Shown here: positions 63,152-64,000 of the stretch, piece after piece
Numbering within the stretch: position 1 is the stretch's first letter
Layout: the number at the start of each line of letters is the position of its first letter
Assembly: GCA_043228905.1 (NCBI GenBank)
Contig: JBHGNT010000012.1
Location: 20,088,001-20,152,000 of the forward strand
Origin: Azolla caroliniana
Lineage: Eukaryota > Plantae > Polypodiophyta
Length of the DNA stretch: 64,000 nucleotides
Reading direction: 5' to 3'
Position numbers and translations under genes: made by a program
Notes under the pieces: model-generated
The model's input: the letters and a program-made list of their open reading frames with translations, nothing else
What the model was told of the DNA's origin: nothing
Database searches by the model: none

Positions 63152-64000
63152 TCTCTCATCCTTTTCTTTCAAATCTTCTTCATCCTGCCTCGTAAGAGTG
63201 ATAAGATCTTGTATATGGTGGAATGTAATTTGATCCATCCTTTATGTTTGGTGCATCATATATGTAGTTGATGCCACTAAAGAGATTTAAATTCTCATAT
63301 ATATTGTAAAGCCTTACAGTTAAGTTTAGGGTTTAGGGTTTAGAGTTTTGCTCCTTCTGTACTTTGCATCATATTATTATATGAATGGAAGTTATAGAGA
63401 TTATATTCGTTATCATGTTTTCCACATGATGCTAGCCCTTCTGGTTTAAGAAGGATGGCACAACATGAATTATATTGTCATTCATTATTTTGTGGCGGAT
63501 TTTGGCCTCCTCTTTAACACCATGGTTACTGCATAAATGGGAACCTTGATAATAGATTCATGAAGTTTGACACAAACTATATCTCTAATAAACCTTCAGG
63601 GTTTTCCTTTCCATTCATGACTTAGTTAGTTAACACAAATAACCAGTTTTTTTACAAATGACAGTAAATCCGTGAGTATTTTAAACAAAACCAACAACGA
63701 CTTGAGTTCCTTTGTTAAATTTAACTTTGTTTACCCATTAACAACTAATCCCCCCTATATACAGTGATCCACAGACCACACGGTATCAAAAGCTATATTA
63801 GATATGTATAAGAAGACCCTGTTTTTGAGTCATTGGGTCATCCGTGTGAGCATATATCAAAAATATATTGCATACATTCATTGGAGAAAAATGAAGCAAA
63901 AACGGTGTCTAGTAGTGGGTTGTTTCTTTAGAGAGCACCTTTTGAGAAAAACAGATATATCATTCTAGACTTGATCCTGCAATTTGGAGTCACTTGACTG

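Noticed and set aside
63324-63347. TTTAGGG repeats downstream of the AN1 gene as an interstitial telomere
   Set aside because: Only 2 perfect units plus degenerate ones; at most a telo-box.

Overview
Eukaryotic plant nuclear DNA: AT-rich, microsatellite-rich, spliced genes. The Tcn1-like chromoviruses and RTE-like LINEs suggest a non-seed plant such as a fern (inference only). Four host genes are supported: a 2-exon RING-type zinc-finger gene (-, 34851-37858), a 7-exon plastid-targeted atypical 2Fe-2S ferredoxin missed by the ORF track (+, 42153-44664), intronless EBP2 (+, 55307-56491) and an AN1 zinc-finger/SAP gene (+, 62330-63151). About 12.8-31.6 kb is a five-level nest: RTE-like LINE > Copia A > Copia B (TSD ACTTT) > Gypsy chromovirus C > young Copia D (TSD GGGCC). 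There is also a chromovirus 3' end at 1-919, a young full-length Copia E at 48666-54324 (TSD GAGAT), LINE fragments, MITEs and a higher-order tandem repeat. The most interesting signals are: (i) both chromovirus LTRs carry an antisense tRNA-like A/B-box cassette at the LTR 5' tip and a perfect 4-unit heat-shock element next to the TATA box; (ii) Copia A and E have a duplicated PPT, a partly LTR-derived Pol extension, and conserved hairpin and cyclisation-like pairings; (iii) a tandem dimer of convergent tRNA-like heads; (iv) the Cys-rich, cyanobacterial-looking ferredoxin. All coordinates and identities were read by eye; no searches were run.
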